Shown piece after piece: positions 11,446 to 25,143 of a DNA stretch of 64,000 nt; the first letter of the stretch is position 1; every line of letters begins with the position of its first letter. The DNA lies in assembly GCA_951406725.2 (NCBI GenBank), contig OX597839.1, forward strand, positions 10,168,001 through 10,232,000, written 5' to 3'. This stretch comes from Octopus vulgaris (taxonomy: Eukaryota). The notes beneath the pieces were generated by a model, which did not search any database, had not been told where the DNA came from, and was given only the letters and a program-made list of their open reading frames with translations. Made by a program: the position numbers and the translations under genes.

Positions 11446-12423
11446 ACATGCGTAGCTTCGTGTGTGTGTGTGTGTGTGTAATACCACCCCCTCTTCAAAC
11501 AGCTACTCACCTCGACCTTTATCCATGTGTGTTGTTACACGAGATATGCTTTTAAGTGGGAGCTGTGTGTGTGCGCACGCATGTGTGTATGTGCGTTTAT
11601 GTGTGTCAATTCATGTGTGTGTGTGTATGTGAATGTATACCTGTTTACGCGATGTGTGCGTATATGCACGCGTGTGTGTGTTTGTGTTTATATGCATGAA
11701 TTAGTGAATACATGGGGGTTATGTTAATGATGGCGGTGGTACTGGTAATCGGTGTATTGGTGGTGGGGGTCGGGGTGATGATGATGAGGGTGACAGTAGT
11801 AATAGTGGTCGTGGTGGTAATGAGGGTTAATTAATGCCCCCTCCTCCCCTCACCCCAACTTTCATGAAGAAAAATTAAGGTCTCGCCTTCCTTACTGCCA
11901 TCCAACTCCCAAATGCTAGTCTGAGAAAGAAACAGGGATCAGTTTCATGTTGTTGTTGTTGCTGTTGTTGTAGTTGATGGTGGTGGTGGTGGTTGTGGCG
12001 TCTATTTCATGTTAACAGCTGTTATGTCACATTTCAGCACTCCTGGAGACTTCCATAGGAACAAGTACAACAATAATAGTAACAAGTACAAACAAGTACT
12101 TTCGAGAAATATGGAAGGGCTGTTAAAAGGTAACTACACTTGGTGACTTTGGATAAAGGTTGAGGAGGTGGTGGTGGTGGTGTGGTGGTGGTGGTGTGGT
12201 GGTAGTGGTGGTGGTGGTTGTGGTGGTGGTGGTGGAGATGGTTGTGGAGGTGATGGTGGTAGTGGTGGTTGTGGGTGATGATAGTGTTGGCAGAAAGTGT
12301 TGAAAATAGGGAAGTCGTATAGACATAGAACTGCAAGCCGTTCTAACTGTGACCATCCACACGTTATAATATATATGTGTGTGTATGTATGTTAGTCATT
12401 CTGAGGTGATGTGCGTGTGTGGG

Positions 12424-12664
12424 CTCTTTTACTCTTTTACTTGTTTCAGTCATTTGACTGTGGCCATGCTGGAGCACCGCCTTTAGTCGAGCAAATCGAC
12501 ACCAGCTCGATAGAATAAGTACTAGGCTTACAAAGAATAAATCCTGGTGTCGATTTGCTCGACTAAAGGCGGTGCTCCAGCATGGCCACAGTCAAATGAC
12601 TGAAACAAGTAAAAGAGTAAAAGAGCCCACACACGCACATCACCTCAGAATGACTAACATACAT

Positions 12665-12715
<51 letters not shown>

Positions 12716-12855
12716 TACGACGGGCTTCTTTCAGTTTCCGTCTACCAAATCCACTCACAAGGCTTTGGTCGGCCCGAGGCTATAGTAGAAGATACATGCC
12801 CAAGGTGCTACGCAGTGGGACTGAACCCGGAACCATGTGGTTCGTAAGCAAGCTG
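12424..12855 (-). mobile_element. SINE family A, rearranged by an inverted duplication
   Basis: Tail at 12424-12505 and head at 12717-12855 on minus; the middle is replaced by an inverted copy. Confidence 0.8.
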
Positions 12856-12887
12856 TCCATAAGAAAGAAAAAGAAATCACTCTCCAA

Positions 12888-13068
12888 AAGCTGTATCGGC
12901 CTATGGCGTTGCCTTGGATAACATCGGTGGCACGGAGAGGGGAGGCTGGGATGCGTGACTGACTGGTGGGCTTCCATAAGCAAATTTGGCCGAACTTGTA
13001 CTTCGGAGAGGAACTTTCTTGATGCAATCCAATAGTCATTCTTGACCAAAGGGAGTTTTTACCCTTTA
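12888..13068 (+). mobile_element. SINE family C, 3' half
   Basis: Aligns with 19690-19872 (aagctgtatcggcc...tttacccttta). Confidence 0.7.
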
Positions 13069-13076
13069 TATATATA

Positions 13077-13287
13077 TTCGCCATGTTGATTCGTTAGCTA
13101 CTGCACGCATTTTTTTTCTTTCCTTCTTTCTGTGTTTTTCTCTCTCTGTGTATCTTTCTGTTGAAGAGCGTAGGCTCGAAACGTTAAAGACTTGTTTTAT
13201 TTATATTTCCTGAGCGCCATACTAATACAATTGTTCGTTTGTTTTCCACCTGCCTTCGTCTTTTGTTTATTTTCATAAAGCTTCCCG

Positions 13288-13288
<1 letters not shown>
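13077..13288 (+). mobile_element. (TA)n-embedded PLE-type cassette carrying a hammerhead variant at 13153-13190
   Basis: tcttt-CTGTTGA-A-GAGC gtag GCTC-GAAA-CGTT-aaaga; homologous cassettes at 47309-47499 and 47529-47716. Confidence 0.7.
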
Positions 13289-13345
<57 letters not shown>

Positions 13346-13730
13346 TTTTTTATCCGAGGGAAGGCAATGCGAGCAACAACCACAGGAACATCACAAAATC
13401 CACAGAAAGACCAAACACATACAAATATTTATATACTCATTTATATCAATAAAGCCCGACATTTAAAAATTTAAAAAATTAGTAATATATAAATATATCA
13501 TATGAAAATATAAATTTTGCATATAACACCTTGAATTTACGCTTAAAACATTTAGTATAAAATTGTTACAATAAGAGAAATAAATATAATAATAATAAAT
13601 AAAAATAAAGCATACAATGACATATCCCCTCGGATTAAAAAAGTGTATACAGCTCATTAGAGCACTTCTATTTCCAGTCCATTGTATATCTTAAGCGTTG
13701 TTGTCCCTCAAGATATAACTTTATATTTTG

Positions 13731-13883
<153 letters not shown>

Positions 13884-13903
13884 AAATATATATATATATA
13901 TAT

Positions 13904-14297
13904 AGGAGTGGCTGTGTGGTAAGTAGCTTGCCTACCAACCACATGGTTCCGGGTTCAGTCCCACTGCGTGGCACCTTGGGCAAGTGTCTTCTATAGCCTC
14001 GGGCCGACCAAAGCCTTGTGAGTGGATTTGGTAGACGGAAACTGAAAGAAGCCCGTCGTATATATGTATATATACGTGTATGTTTGTGTGTCTGTGTCTG
14101 TCCCCCTAGCATTGCTTGACAACCGATGCTGGTGTGTTTATGTCTCCGTCACTTAGCGGTTCGGCAAAAAAAAGAGACCGATAGAATAAGTACTGGGCTT
14201 TCAAAGAATAAGTCCCGGGGCCGAGTTGCTCGACTAAAGGCGGTGCTCCAGCATGGCCGCAGTCAAATGACTGAAACAAGTATAAGAGTAAAGAGAG
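13904..14297 (+). mobile_element. SINE family A, near full length
   Basis: tRNA head, CORE-like domain, tail ggcggtgctccagcatggccgcagtcaaatgactgaaac. Confidence 0.9.
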
Positions 14298-14329
14298 TGT
14301 ATGTGTGTTTGTGTGTGTGTTTGTGTCTT

Positions 14330-14790
14330 TTCAATACATTGTCTGGTTTAAAAAGCCACTTCAGATGCCATGACGAATCTAAGGTGTTAGTACAAGAGGT
14401 GGTCAAACTCTGCGCAAGAAGTAGACAACCACCATATTTTCATATGAAAAGGAAAAAGTTCACCAACCCAAGGCTGGAGATGAAAGGGCCTGTCATAATC
14501 CCTTTCACTCTCGTCTTCCACATGACCTCCTTCGCTGTAGCTACTACACAGAGGAAACAAGCCTGCTCTTCCCTATTCAGTGAAGAAACAATCTTAATCA
14601 TAGACTCGGTTGACAGCTGTACTCTTCTCAGATGCGACAACAGTTGTTCGACATAAACCCCAAAGGTCCGGTAGCTTCGGACATTACACAGTTGCGTGCC
14701 GGACAGTTGCATTGTCCTGACCGCATCTTGATTAAGTTGGGATGGCTGAAGAACCATGCCAAAAGAGTTCCGACTGTTACACAGTTTCCG
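14330..14790 (-). mobile_element. Tx1/L1-clade LINE ORF2 C-terminal relic
   Basis: VYVEQLLSHLRRVQLS...AKEVMWKTRVKG...LVNFF, homologous to 22915-23319. Confidence 0.75.
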
Positions 14791-15015
14791 CTGAATCGTT
14801 TTTATTTTGAACTCGATATATTCTATTTCCAGAGAAATGGAATTTTTTTGACATTCGAAACTGCATTATTTATTGATGGAACTTATAATATCTGTATTTG
14901 TCCTTACTCACATTTTCCAGATTTAATAATCTAGGTTTCGGGATGGTAAAAAGGGGTTGCTTCTTTCCTTTAATCTTTTGAAAATCGGAATGGCGAAACT
15001 GTATGCATGTATATG

Positions 15016-15096
<81 letters not shown>

Positions 15097-15318
15097 CACC
15101 GTGACCGACCACGCTATCAGATGTTGCTACACATCGCTGGTCACAGTGCGCTTCGCATTGTTTTAGCCTTCAAATGACGCCACCCCGCTAGCTAAGCGAG
15201 CAGGCCAACAGAAGAAAGAGTGAGTGAAAGTCGTGGCGAAAGAGTACAGCAGGGATCGCCACCACCCGCTGCCGGAGACTCGTGCAGCTTTAGGTGTTTT
15301 CGCTCAATAAACACTCAC
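15097..15318 (-). mobile_element. SINE family D (further piece at 15581-15680)
   Basis: Reverse complement of 36490-36717. Confidence 0.8.
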
Positions 15319-15319
15319 A

Positions 15320-15475
15320 GACTGCAAACCCCTTTGATTATTACGTGTGGAGCGCAGTTGAGCGAGACACAAAAAAAAAAAAAAAAAGAGAAGAAACTCC
15401 TTGTAACACCAAAGATGGACTGAAGGCAAAGATTACGGCAGCATTCATCAAACTAGGAAACCCTCCAGAAAAGTT
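15320..15475 (+). mobile_element. Tc1/mariner-superfamily transposase C-terminal fragment
   Basis: NPFDYYVWSAVERDT...PCNTKDGLKAKITAAF. Confidence 0.65.
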
Positions 15476-15696
15476 GTATATATATATATAAGAGTTATAT
15501 GTATATATATATATATATATTTTTTTTTTTTTGTACTTGTTTCAGTCATTTGACTGCGGCCATGCTGGAGCACCGCCTTTAGAGTGGTGAAAGAGTACAG
15601 CAGGGATCACCACCATCCCCTGCCGGAGCCTCGCGGAGCTTTTAGGTGTTTTCGCTCAATAAACACATACAACGCCCGGTATATATATATACACAC

Positions 15697-15945
15697 AAAC
15701 ATTTTATAATTATAAGTATAATTATAATTAGGGTTCAGCAAAATTGCTTCACCACATACCGAAATTTAGAAATAGCAGTTAAATACTATTCTATATAGTC
15801 AATTCAACGAACAAACAATTAAAAAATAGAGAAAAAGAGAAGAAAACGCGAACGTGTGGACTTGCACAAGCAAAATATTAATTTGACGTTCGGCGAAAGC
15901 AGAGAGTTAACGTTCCTAACATAGCTCTTCGTTGGAAAAAACCGT
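15697..15945 (-). mobile_element. PLE-type terminal cassette with a decayed hammerhead (15908-15940)
   Basis: Reverse complement resembles the 47529-47716 cassette; the terminal motif accacataccgaaatttagaaatagcag is shared with 50380-50410 and about 35320-35390. Confidence 0.55.
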
Positions 15946-15981
15946 CAACAATGCACGTGCGGTTACAAGTATGCCATAGTT

Positions 15982-16826
15982 CAGGTGTTCCCAACCATCG
16001 TCTGCCAACGGGCCGCAGAGAAATAACTTGTTTAAAATTACATAATAGCTAAATTGAATATTGGAATTTCATTGAAAAGTTTTGTTTAAACATTCAATAT
16101 TCATCTACTCAATATTATCTCTCATAATTGCAAGTACATTTTGCAGTTAATGTATGTTTTTATTTAGTTGTAATTTTCAACTAATTTTCTGACCCCAACT
16201 AATTGTCAGATTTTGTAGAATTTCGGTACAATGACCCAAAAGCAAATGTCACTGAAAAATTTCTTTGAAAAGAGAGAAAGACCCATCGATGGAACACCGG
16301 AAAGGGTCGTAGAATGTAAACAAAATACCAAGAGTCCTTCGTAAAATACGGGTTCATCACAGCAGGTGATTCACACGCTCCACAATCGCTCTGCACAATA
16401 TGTGATGACAGACTCGCTAAGGAAGCCATGAAACCTTCAAAATTTCTTCGCCACATGCAGAGCAAACATCCTGCATTAAAAGACAAGTCTCTGAAATTCT
16501 TTGAAACGAAAAACGTGAACATGAAGTTCAGAAGCAGTTATTGAAGACTATCACTTCAACAAATGTGTCTGCGCTGAAAGCATCATTCTTCGTAGTTGAC
16601 TGCATGGCTAAAACCCAAAACACCTTCGCTATTGGTGAAGAGATGATTTTGCCTGCTACCAGGGACATGTGCAGTGAACTTATCGAAGAGGAAGCAGCTA
16701 AAAAGGTTGCAACCGTTCCTCTTTCGGCTATCACCATAACAAGGTGAATTAATGAAGTAGCAGAGCATGTTGAGGAACAGTTGTTAGAGAGGATTAATGA
16801 GTCGCCATGGCACACAATTCAGGCAG
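15982..16826 (+). mobile_element. hAT (Buster/Charlie, ZBED5/8-like) transposon 5' part with decayed transposase
   Basis: Left TIR-like caggtgttcccaacc; BED-finger region KYGF...CTIC..RLAKEAMKPSKFLRHMQSKH, then AIGEEMILPA...VPLS..TITR; frameshifts and a stop. Confidence 0.85.
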
Positions 16827-17155
16827 AAACGCGAATGACAAAATAATTTATTTGCAAATTGATGTCAAAACTCGAGTCTAAAGGTAATTACGAAAATGTT
16901 TTTATTTTTTAATTCCCTTTGAAATTACTCTAATTCGTCGTTTGGGTTTTAAATGCCCTTTCCAGCATTGTAAGGTCTCTTGTTAAAGACCACCTCTTTT
17001 GTGTATAAATACGTAAACTATTTTATATGGAAGATATGTTGTCTATTGACTTTATTACACATGCTGGTCGCCGGTAGGAAAATTTCTCTAAATTTTCTAC
17101 CCTTATTATTTCTAACGCATATATACAGGTATATATGTACATGTACAAATATATA

Positions 17156-17193
<38 letters not shown>

Positions 17194-17254
17194 CGTGTAT
17201 ATAAATATATATACATGCATATATATACATATATATACATACACATATATATAC

Positions 17255-17306
<52 letters not shown>

Positions 17307-17509
17307 CACATATATATATATCTATATATATACATATTTATGTATATATATATGTATATGTACATATATATGTATATATACATATGTACATGTATATATA
17401 CATACATATATGTATACATACATATATATACATATATCTGTATATATGCACATATATATACATATATATGTATATATGCATATATATATATATACATATA
17501 TATCTATAT

Positions 17510-17569
<60 letters not shown>

Positions 17570-17720
17570 GAATATTTAACAGAATGAATATATTCAGAAT
17601 GAATATTTAACATTCTACTATTTCATTTTATTTTATTCAATTATAATATATTATCTTATAATATATCATTATAAGATTGTAAATAAAACGTGAAAATCAG
17701 ACAAGGTTGGAATTCTTTTA

Positions 17721-17757
<37 letters not shown>

Positions 17758-17904
17758 GTATATATATGCATATATATACATATAGATCTATATATGTACA
17801 TATATATCTATATATATATAGATATACATCTATATATATTCATATAGATCTATATATGTACATATACATATAGATCTATATATATATACATATATATACA
17901 TATA

Positions 17905-18825
17905 CAGGGTGTCCCAAAAAAATGTATGCACACTTTAAACAATTGTAAAGTAGTTGTTTATTAAAAGACACTTCATTTTCAAAATTTAATAGAATCTACA
18001 GACATTATTTTATTGTTTTGTCAATGCCTGTTTTCAAACTGATGTCCGGTCTGGTCCAGGCACTGCTGACAACGCAAAGGAATGGAATCACAAATATCAC
18101 AAAAGAATTTGTTTGGTATTTGTGTGCACTCTCGTCCAATGGCTGCTCTCAAATCAGCGACTTGTAGGTTTCATAGCATAGAATTTGTCTTTAAGGTATC
18201 CCCATAAGAAAGTCTAGTGGTGTGAGGTCTGGTGAATTCAACCATACCTCTTCATCCAATCCACCTGTTTAGCAAGATCTCATCAAGGAAGGATCTAACA
18301 TAGCAATGGTAGTGTGGGGGTGCCCCAGCTTGCTGAAAATAAAACTCCTCATCTTCAAAGTCTTCTCTAATGCTTGGCATAACAGACTGTTGCAACAAGT
18401 TCAAGTAAACGGAACCAGTCGCAATAGCATAACAAAAGAATGGTCCAATTAATCCTCTTGATGATAAACCACTTGGACTTTGGTGATTCATTTCCAGTAC
18501 TCCTTGCTTTGTTGGGGTTGTTGATGTTCGGGGTCTTCTGGAATGCTTATCGTGGACATTCTGAACAGTTCCATCTGCTTCAAACTTATCTCTAATTCAA
18601 GTGATAGAGAGTTGCATTGGTGGATCTGTTTGAAACTCCCTCCCCTACTGTTTTTGCACTTCAACTGCATTTTCACACTTCCAGTATCATTTTAGAATGA
18701 ATTTTCTTTGTTCAAAGCTTAATCTGACTGCCATCATTAAATCCTATAGGTTTCATCTGGAAAGAAAAAATATCAATTGAGTTATCAGCTGCTAAAGTGT
18801 ATATACATTTTTTTGGGACACCCTG
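17905..18825 (-). mobile_element. Tc1/mariner-superfamily element, internally deleted, TIRs intact
   Basis: TA|CAGGGTGTCCCAAAAAAATGTAT...ATACATTTTTTTGGGACACCCTG|TA; [16 protein letters not shown]...RWIG and L.GYLKDK on minus. Confidence 0.9.
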
Positions 18826-18910
18826 TATATCTCTCTATAGATACATCTATGTATATACATATATACATATACATATACATCTATACATATAAACATATAT
18901 ACATGCATAC

Positions 18911-18988
<78 letters not shown>

Positions 18989-18994
18989 ACATAC

Positions 18995-19058
<64 letters not shown>

Positions 19059-19084
19059 TATATACATATATATACATACATATA

Positions 19085-19296
19085 GCAGTTTTTAAATCAA
19101 AGCTGGACATCTTCCTGTCGAGAGTCCCAGATAAACCTACCTCATGGCAAGAGATGCAAATGAGGGTAGCTATATCAAACTTCATTCTTCATCAAGTGCC
19201 ACATATTAGAGGAGGCTCTTAGTAATAACAGTGTAGCACGAAACGGCGGTGCATCAGCATGGCTGCAGCTCTGAGCTGAAACAAAATAAAAATAAA
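19085..19296 (+). mobile_element. CR1/L2-group LINE 3' end
   Basis: [17 protein letters not shown]..., then a stem-loop tail similar to the SINE A tail. Confidence 0.7.
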
Positions 19297-19532
19297 TATA
19301 TATATATATATACATATACATCTATATATATACATCTTTACATATACATCCATACATATACATCTACATGCAAACATATATTTATACACATGATATACAC
19401 ACACGTATAAACACATACATATACATATATATGCATACATATATACACATATATATACATACATATATACATATATATATACATATAAATCTCTATATAT
19501 ACATATATATGTGTAGATGTATATAGACATAT

Positions 19533-19872
19533 GGTGCATGGCTCAGTGGTTAGAGCGTCGAGCTTACGATCGTGAGGTTGTGAGCTTGAATCCCGGACCG
19601 GGCTGCGTGTTGTGTTCTTGAGCAAGGCACTTTATTTCACGTTGCTCCAGTTCACTCAACTGTAGAAATGAGTTGCGACGTCACAGGTGCCAAGCTGTAT
19701 CGGCCTTTGTCTTTCCCTTGGATAACACTGGTGGCGTGGAGAAGGGAGGCCAGTATGCATGGGCGACTGCTGGTCTTCCATAAACAACCTTGCCCGGACT
19801 TGTGTCTAGGAGGGTAACTTTCTAGGTGCAATCCCATGGTCATTCATGACCGAAGGGGGTCTTTACCCTTTA
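19533..19872 (+). mobile_element. tRNA-derived SINE family C, full length
   Basis: A-box tggctcagtgg, B-box region, CORE-like gtgttcttgagcaaggcacttt, tail tttacccttta; copies at 47759-48072 and 21203-21447. Confidence 0.9.
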
Positions 19873-19926
19873 CATATATATATATATAAATCTATATATA
19901 TACATATATATGTGTAGATGTATATA

Positions 19927-20171
<245 letters not shown>

Positions 20172-20272
20172 TACTAACAATATAGGATGAAGTCCCTTTC
20201 TCTACAGAAAAGGAATCCATCAGGAAGCGTGGGCAGTATATTTAAAAAAACCGTTACAGTTGAAGTATAAAC

Positions 20273-20753
20273 ATCATATAATTAAGGGCTAAAGAGGGTT
20301 ATTCTAAAGCCAATACACTGATTTATCCACTTATAATCCGCTTGCTACAGGAGAATTGAAACTGAAAACGGGCAACTAACCTTTAGAAAATTTAAATTTC
20401 GTTATCTCTATATTGAATCAATTTCGGAATTAATCTTATAATAAAAGATATATTCTTTCTTCAGTAGAGCTTTCGATGGGATATAAATAAAATACTCACG
20501 TATGATCATGGAAAAAGCACAAGCTAAAAACATAACTACACTTGAGTACATCACTTATATCTAAAAATAAAAAAAGAATATATCTTTTATTATAAGATTA
20601 ATTCCGAAATTGATTCAATATAGAGATAACGAAATTTAAATTTTCTAAAGGTTAGTTGCCCGTTTTCAGTTTCAATTCTCCTGTAGCAAGCGGATTATAA
20701 GTGGATAAATCAGTGTATTGGCTTTAGAATAACCCTTTTAGCCCTTAATTATA

Positions 20754-20757
<4 letters not shown>
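20273..20757. repeat. Inverted repeat, arms of about 185 bp (20273-20458 / 20573-20757)
   Basis: Arms are reverse complements apart from a 1-bp indel. Confidence 0.95.
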
Positions 20758-20823
<66 letters not shown>

Positions 20824-20869
20824 GTATATATGTATATATATATATATATATAAATGTATATATATATAT

Positions 20870-20911
<42 letters not shown>

Positions 20912-21202
20912 TACATACATACATACATACACACATACATACATACGTACATATATATCATGAACTAACTGTTACTTTCACAGATGCAGCACGGAGTTTT
21001 GTCAGTGAACAGGTTGCGGTCTCAAAGCGATGGAAAGATTTTGACAAATTAAATTTAGATGTAGAAGTGAATCTAACGGTTTTGTGTGTTTCTTAAATGG
21101 CTTATAAACACCTCCCTCGCTGTAATTGTTTTCGTTCCAGCACACGATCTCAGATCAGGTTACTTGTTATGCAAGTACATCCCCGTAATATATATATATA
21201 GT

Positions 21203-21447
21203 GACCCCCTTTCTGTCAGACACTGACCATGGGTTTGCACCTAGAGAGTTACTCTCTGAGGCACAAGTCTGGGCAAGGTTGTTTCATGGAAGACCAGCAG
21301 TCGCCCATGCATACCGGCCTCCCCTCTCCACGTCACCGATGTTGTCCAAGGGAAAGGCAAGGGCCGATACAGCTTGGCACCTGTGACGTCGCAACTCATT
21401 TCTACAGCTGAGTGAACTGGAGCAACGTGAAATAAAGTGTCTTGCTC
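21203..21447 (-). mobile_element. SINE family C, 5'-truncated
   Basis: Reverse complement of 19618-19862. Confidence 0.85.
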
Positions 21448-21449
21448 AT

Positions 21450-21574
<125 letters not shown>

Positions 21575-21642
21575 ATTATATTGTATATATATATATATTA
21601 TATATATATATATATATTATATTATATATATATATATTATAT

Positions 21643-21674
<32 letters not shown>

Positions 21675-21841
21675 ATATATTATATTATATATATATATAT
21701 ATATATATTATATTATATATATATATATATATATATTATATTATATATATATATATTATATTATATATATGTATATATATATATATTATATTATATATAT
21801 ATATTATATTATATATATATATATATTATATTATATATATG

Positions 21842-21888
<47 letters not shown>

Positions 21889-21968
21889 AATGAGGGTGAA
21901 AAATCGATATTAATTTAATAATACCATTAATTTAACACCAAGTGGCTTAGCACAAAAAACTACGGAGA

Positions 21969-22033
<65 letters not shown>

Positions 22034-22204
22034 GTGTGTGTGTATATATATATATATGCATATGCATGTATATATGTGAAATAATATTTTCAGTATTAAT
22101 AGTGAAGCTATTAAAGCTGAACGTATTATATCACATTACAATAGGGATGTTATTGTTTCACTTTTGACACGTAATACTGAAATAGTGTAAGAGATAAGAG
22201 ATTA

Positions 22205-23560
22205 CTGCGCGCTCGCATTAGGCAAGAAGTTGGAGAAGAACTAGAGCGAGGTGACGAGCAGAGTAGCCGGTCTCGCCCGAGAGGAAGCTATCCTTGAAAG
22301 GTCGAGCAGAGATGGCGAACATATACTTCATCTCGGTCATTTACTACCGCCTCACCAACGTGTCTTGCTCCAGTTCGTACCTGGTCAAGCTGGAGCATTT
22401 GCTTTTCCGCCTCTTATGGAAGGGACAGACTCCGCTGGTCAGGCGCTCCATTTGCTATCAGCACCCTATGAACGGTGGGTTGGGTCTGCCGTGGCTGTTG
22501 ATGTGCAGACATACACCGAGGCTGCGGCACATCCAGCGTTTCCTCGAAGACGGTGAGCAGGTGTGGTCGCCGTTTGTCAGATTTCCTTTCCCGCAGCTCG
22601 TCTATTTGACTGAGCTACAATCTTGGATGAAGCGTAGACTGAGGTTTGGCGTCTGGCACCTTGAGTATCGCCAGGTGCTCACGCTGCTCAGCCAATCGGG
22701 TAATGCGGTTAGTGGAAGTTTTAAGTCTCGGGGAGACTCTAGGCGTTTGTGAATTTCAACTCGCCAGTCTGTTCCGGAGAACTTTTGGCCCAGGGCTTAT
22801 GGATAACTTCCAGAAAGCCCTTGCCTGGCACTGCTACCAGGGGCCTTTACCTGTTCGAGATGAACTCTACAGACACGGAAGTGCCTGTAGAGATGTGCGC
22901 AGAACAACGAATGTGTGCAGAGCAACGGAACCGTTCTGCACGCACCCGTCCAGAGCTCGAGCATATCTGATATATGGGTTTATGTCGAACATATACTGTC
23001 ACGTATAGGACGTGTCCGCTTGTCGGCTGATTTCGCCATGAAGATTGCCCCGCCGCCTTCCTTTGACCGGCAAAGAAAGGTAATTTTAATCTGTCTTTTG
23101 GCTTTAGCGAAAGAGGTTGTTTGGTGGACTAGACTGAAAGGGTTGAAGACAGATACTTTCTTCTATGGCCTACCCCTCATCATCTTTTTCAGATACCATC
23201 TGAAAAGGAAAGTGAGGATTGAGAGAGAAGTGCTGACTTCCGGCAAATTTGTTAGAAGGTGGGTGAATGTGGCGAAGATGGTCCGCGTAAACGGGCCTAC
23301 CTTGAGCAAGCGTTTTTGAGTTTCCAAGGCTGAGAGAGAGAGAGAGAAAGCTCTTGCTCTAGTGGTCGGGGAGATTGTGGAATTTTCGTGGAGGTCTACA
23401 TGAGTAGCCCTGAGTTGCCTGCCTCTTTTAGGCATTTATTTGTTATACTTTTCATTGTTATCGACTTTTTACACGATACTTCATGTAATACCATTTTGTC
23501 CATCATGTTTTGTATTGTCCAATCTTATTTTTATCGTCCCTTGTTGCTAATAAAGAAAGG
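22205..23560 (+). mobile_element. Tx1/L1-clade LINE, 3' part of ORF2 plus 3' UTR
   Basis: LKGRAEMANIYFISVIYYRL...LFRLLWKG...HPMNGGLGLP, LAWHCYQGPLPVRDEL, KEVVWWTRLK; ends aataaa then (ATT)n. Confidence 0.85.
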
Positions 23561-23620
<60 letters not shown>

Positions 23621-23636
23621 ATTATTATTATTATTG

Positions 23637-24097
23637 TATGGTGGACCCGTTTGAAAGGGCTAAGGTCAGACACTTTCCTCTTTGGCCCAGGCCTCATCAA
23701 CTTTTTCAAGTTTCATTTGAAAAGGAAGATGAGAGTAGATGGGAAGTGCTGTCTGATAGCAAGTTTACTATAAGGTGGGTAAATGTCGCAAGAATGGCCA
23801 GTATGAATGGACCAATTCTGAGGATTCACCTGTGATTTAAAAAGGTAATATAAAAGGAGAAAGGTACTCTCTACCCCGCTTTTGACCAGGCTCCCGTGGC
23901 TTTTATGGGTTTTTCCATGAGTAACCTTTCGAAGCGCCTCCCCCTATTGGGAGTTTTTCATTGTTAAATATTTTCGTTGTTGTACAGTTTTTTACACGGA
24001 CTTCTGAAACGAACAAAACCCTTTGTAACTTTCGTCCTGTGTTTTGTCCCTTTATCTTATAATTAATTTTTGTCAGCCCCTGTGGCCAATAAAAGAA
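23637..24097 (+). mobile_element. Second Tx1/L1-clade LINE 3' end between (ATT)n tracts
   Basis: VWWTRLKGLRSDTF...RWVNVARM; its 3' UTR recurs reverse-complemented at 54285-54437 and 61455-61632. Confidence 0.85.
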
Positions 24098-24100
24098 TTA

Positions 24101-24187
<87 letters not shown>

Positions 24188-24430
24188 TATTATTATTATC
24201 ATCAGCGGCAAATCTAAATAATTGATAATAACAACAATAATAACATTAGTGGAAGCAATACCACGTGTCGTTATTCTACCAAATATATACGTTTTATTTA
24301 TTATTTTGCACATTACTTAATCATTGTTATATGTTTTATATTATGTTTAATGTTTCTATAAGATGTAATTTTTCTAAATGGTATAATTTAATTTTTCATT
24401 ATTGAATTGATAAAAGGTGTTTTTTTTCTA

Positions 24431-24496
<66 letters not shown>

Positions 24497-24586
24497 TATT
24501 TTCTGAAATTTGATTCAGTATTTCTAAATTGAATTTCTCCCTGTAAGTTTGGAATAATATTCCCTCATATCATTATTATTATTACT

Positions 24587-24633
<47 letters not shown>

Positions 24634-24640
24634 ATATATA

Positions 24641-24915
24641 GGGAGGTGCAATGGTTTCGATTCCCAGAGCGGGCGTTGTGTGTGTTTATTGAGCGAAAAC
24701 ACCTAAAGCTCCACGAGGCTCCCGCAGGGGGTGGGGGTGGGGCGACCCCTGATGTACTCTTTCGCTCCTAATTTGTCCCACTCTTTCTTCCTGTTTCTTG
24801 AGTAATGCTGCGATGGACTGGTGTCCATCCAGCTGGGGGGAACGCATACGCCATAGAAACCGGGAAACTGGGCCCATGAGCCTGGCTAGGCTTGAAAAGG
24901 GCGCATAAATAAATA
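24641..24915 (+). mobile_element. SINE family D variant
   Basis: Head ggaggtgcaatgg...cgggcgttgtg.gtgtttattgagcgaaaacacctaaagctcc as at 36423. Confidence 0.75.
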
Positions 24916-25020
24916 ATATATATATATACACACATATATATACACACACACACATATATACATGCGTACATACGTCTCTCTCTCTCTGTCTCTCTCTAAA
25001 TATATATATAAATGTATATG

Positions 25021-25143
<123 letters not shown>

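Noticed and set aside
13339-13670. Short inverted repeat (about 22 bp) and a minus-strand CTAATGA core-like motif in a TA-bounded insert
   Set aside because: No GAAA or helix III partner was found; too incomplete to call a hammerhead.
16230-16826. Domesticated ZBED5/ZBED8-like host gene
   Set aside because: Frameshifts, an in-frame stop, truncation and a TIR indicate a dead transposon.
19533-19610. tRNA gene calls for SINE heads (also 36423, 47759 and others)
   Set aside because: Each continues into a multi-copy SINE body and lacks a complete cloverleaf.
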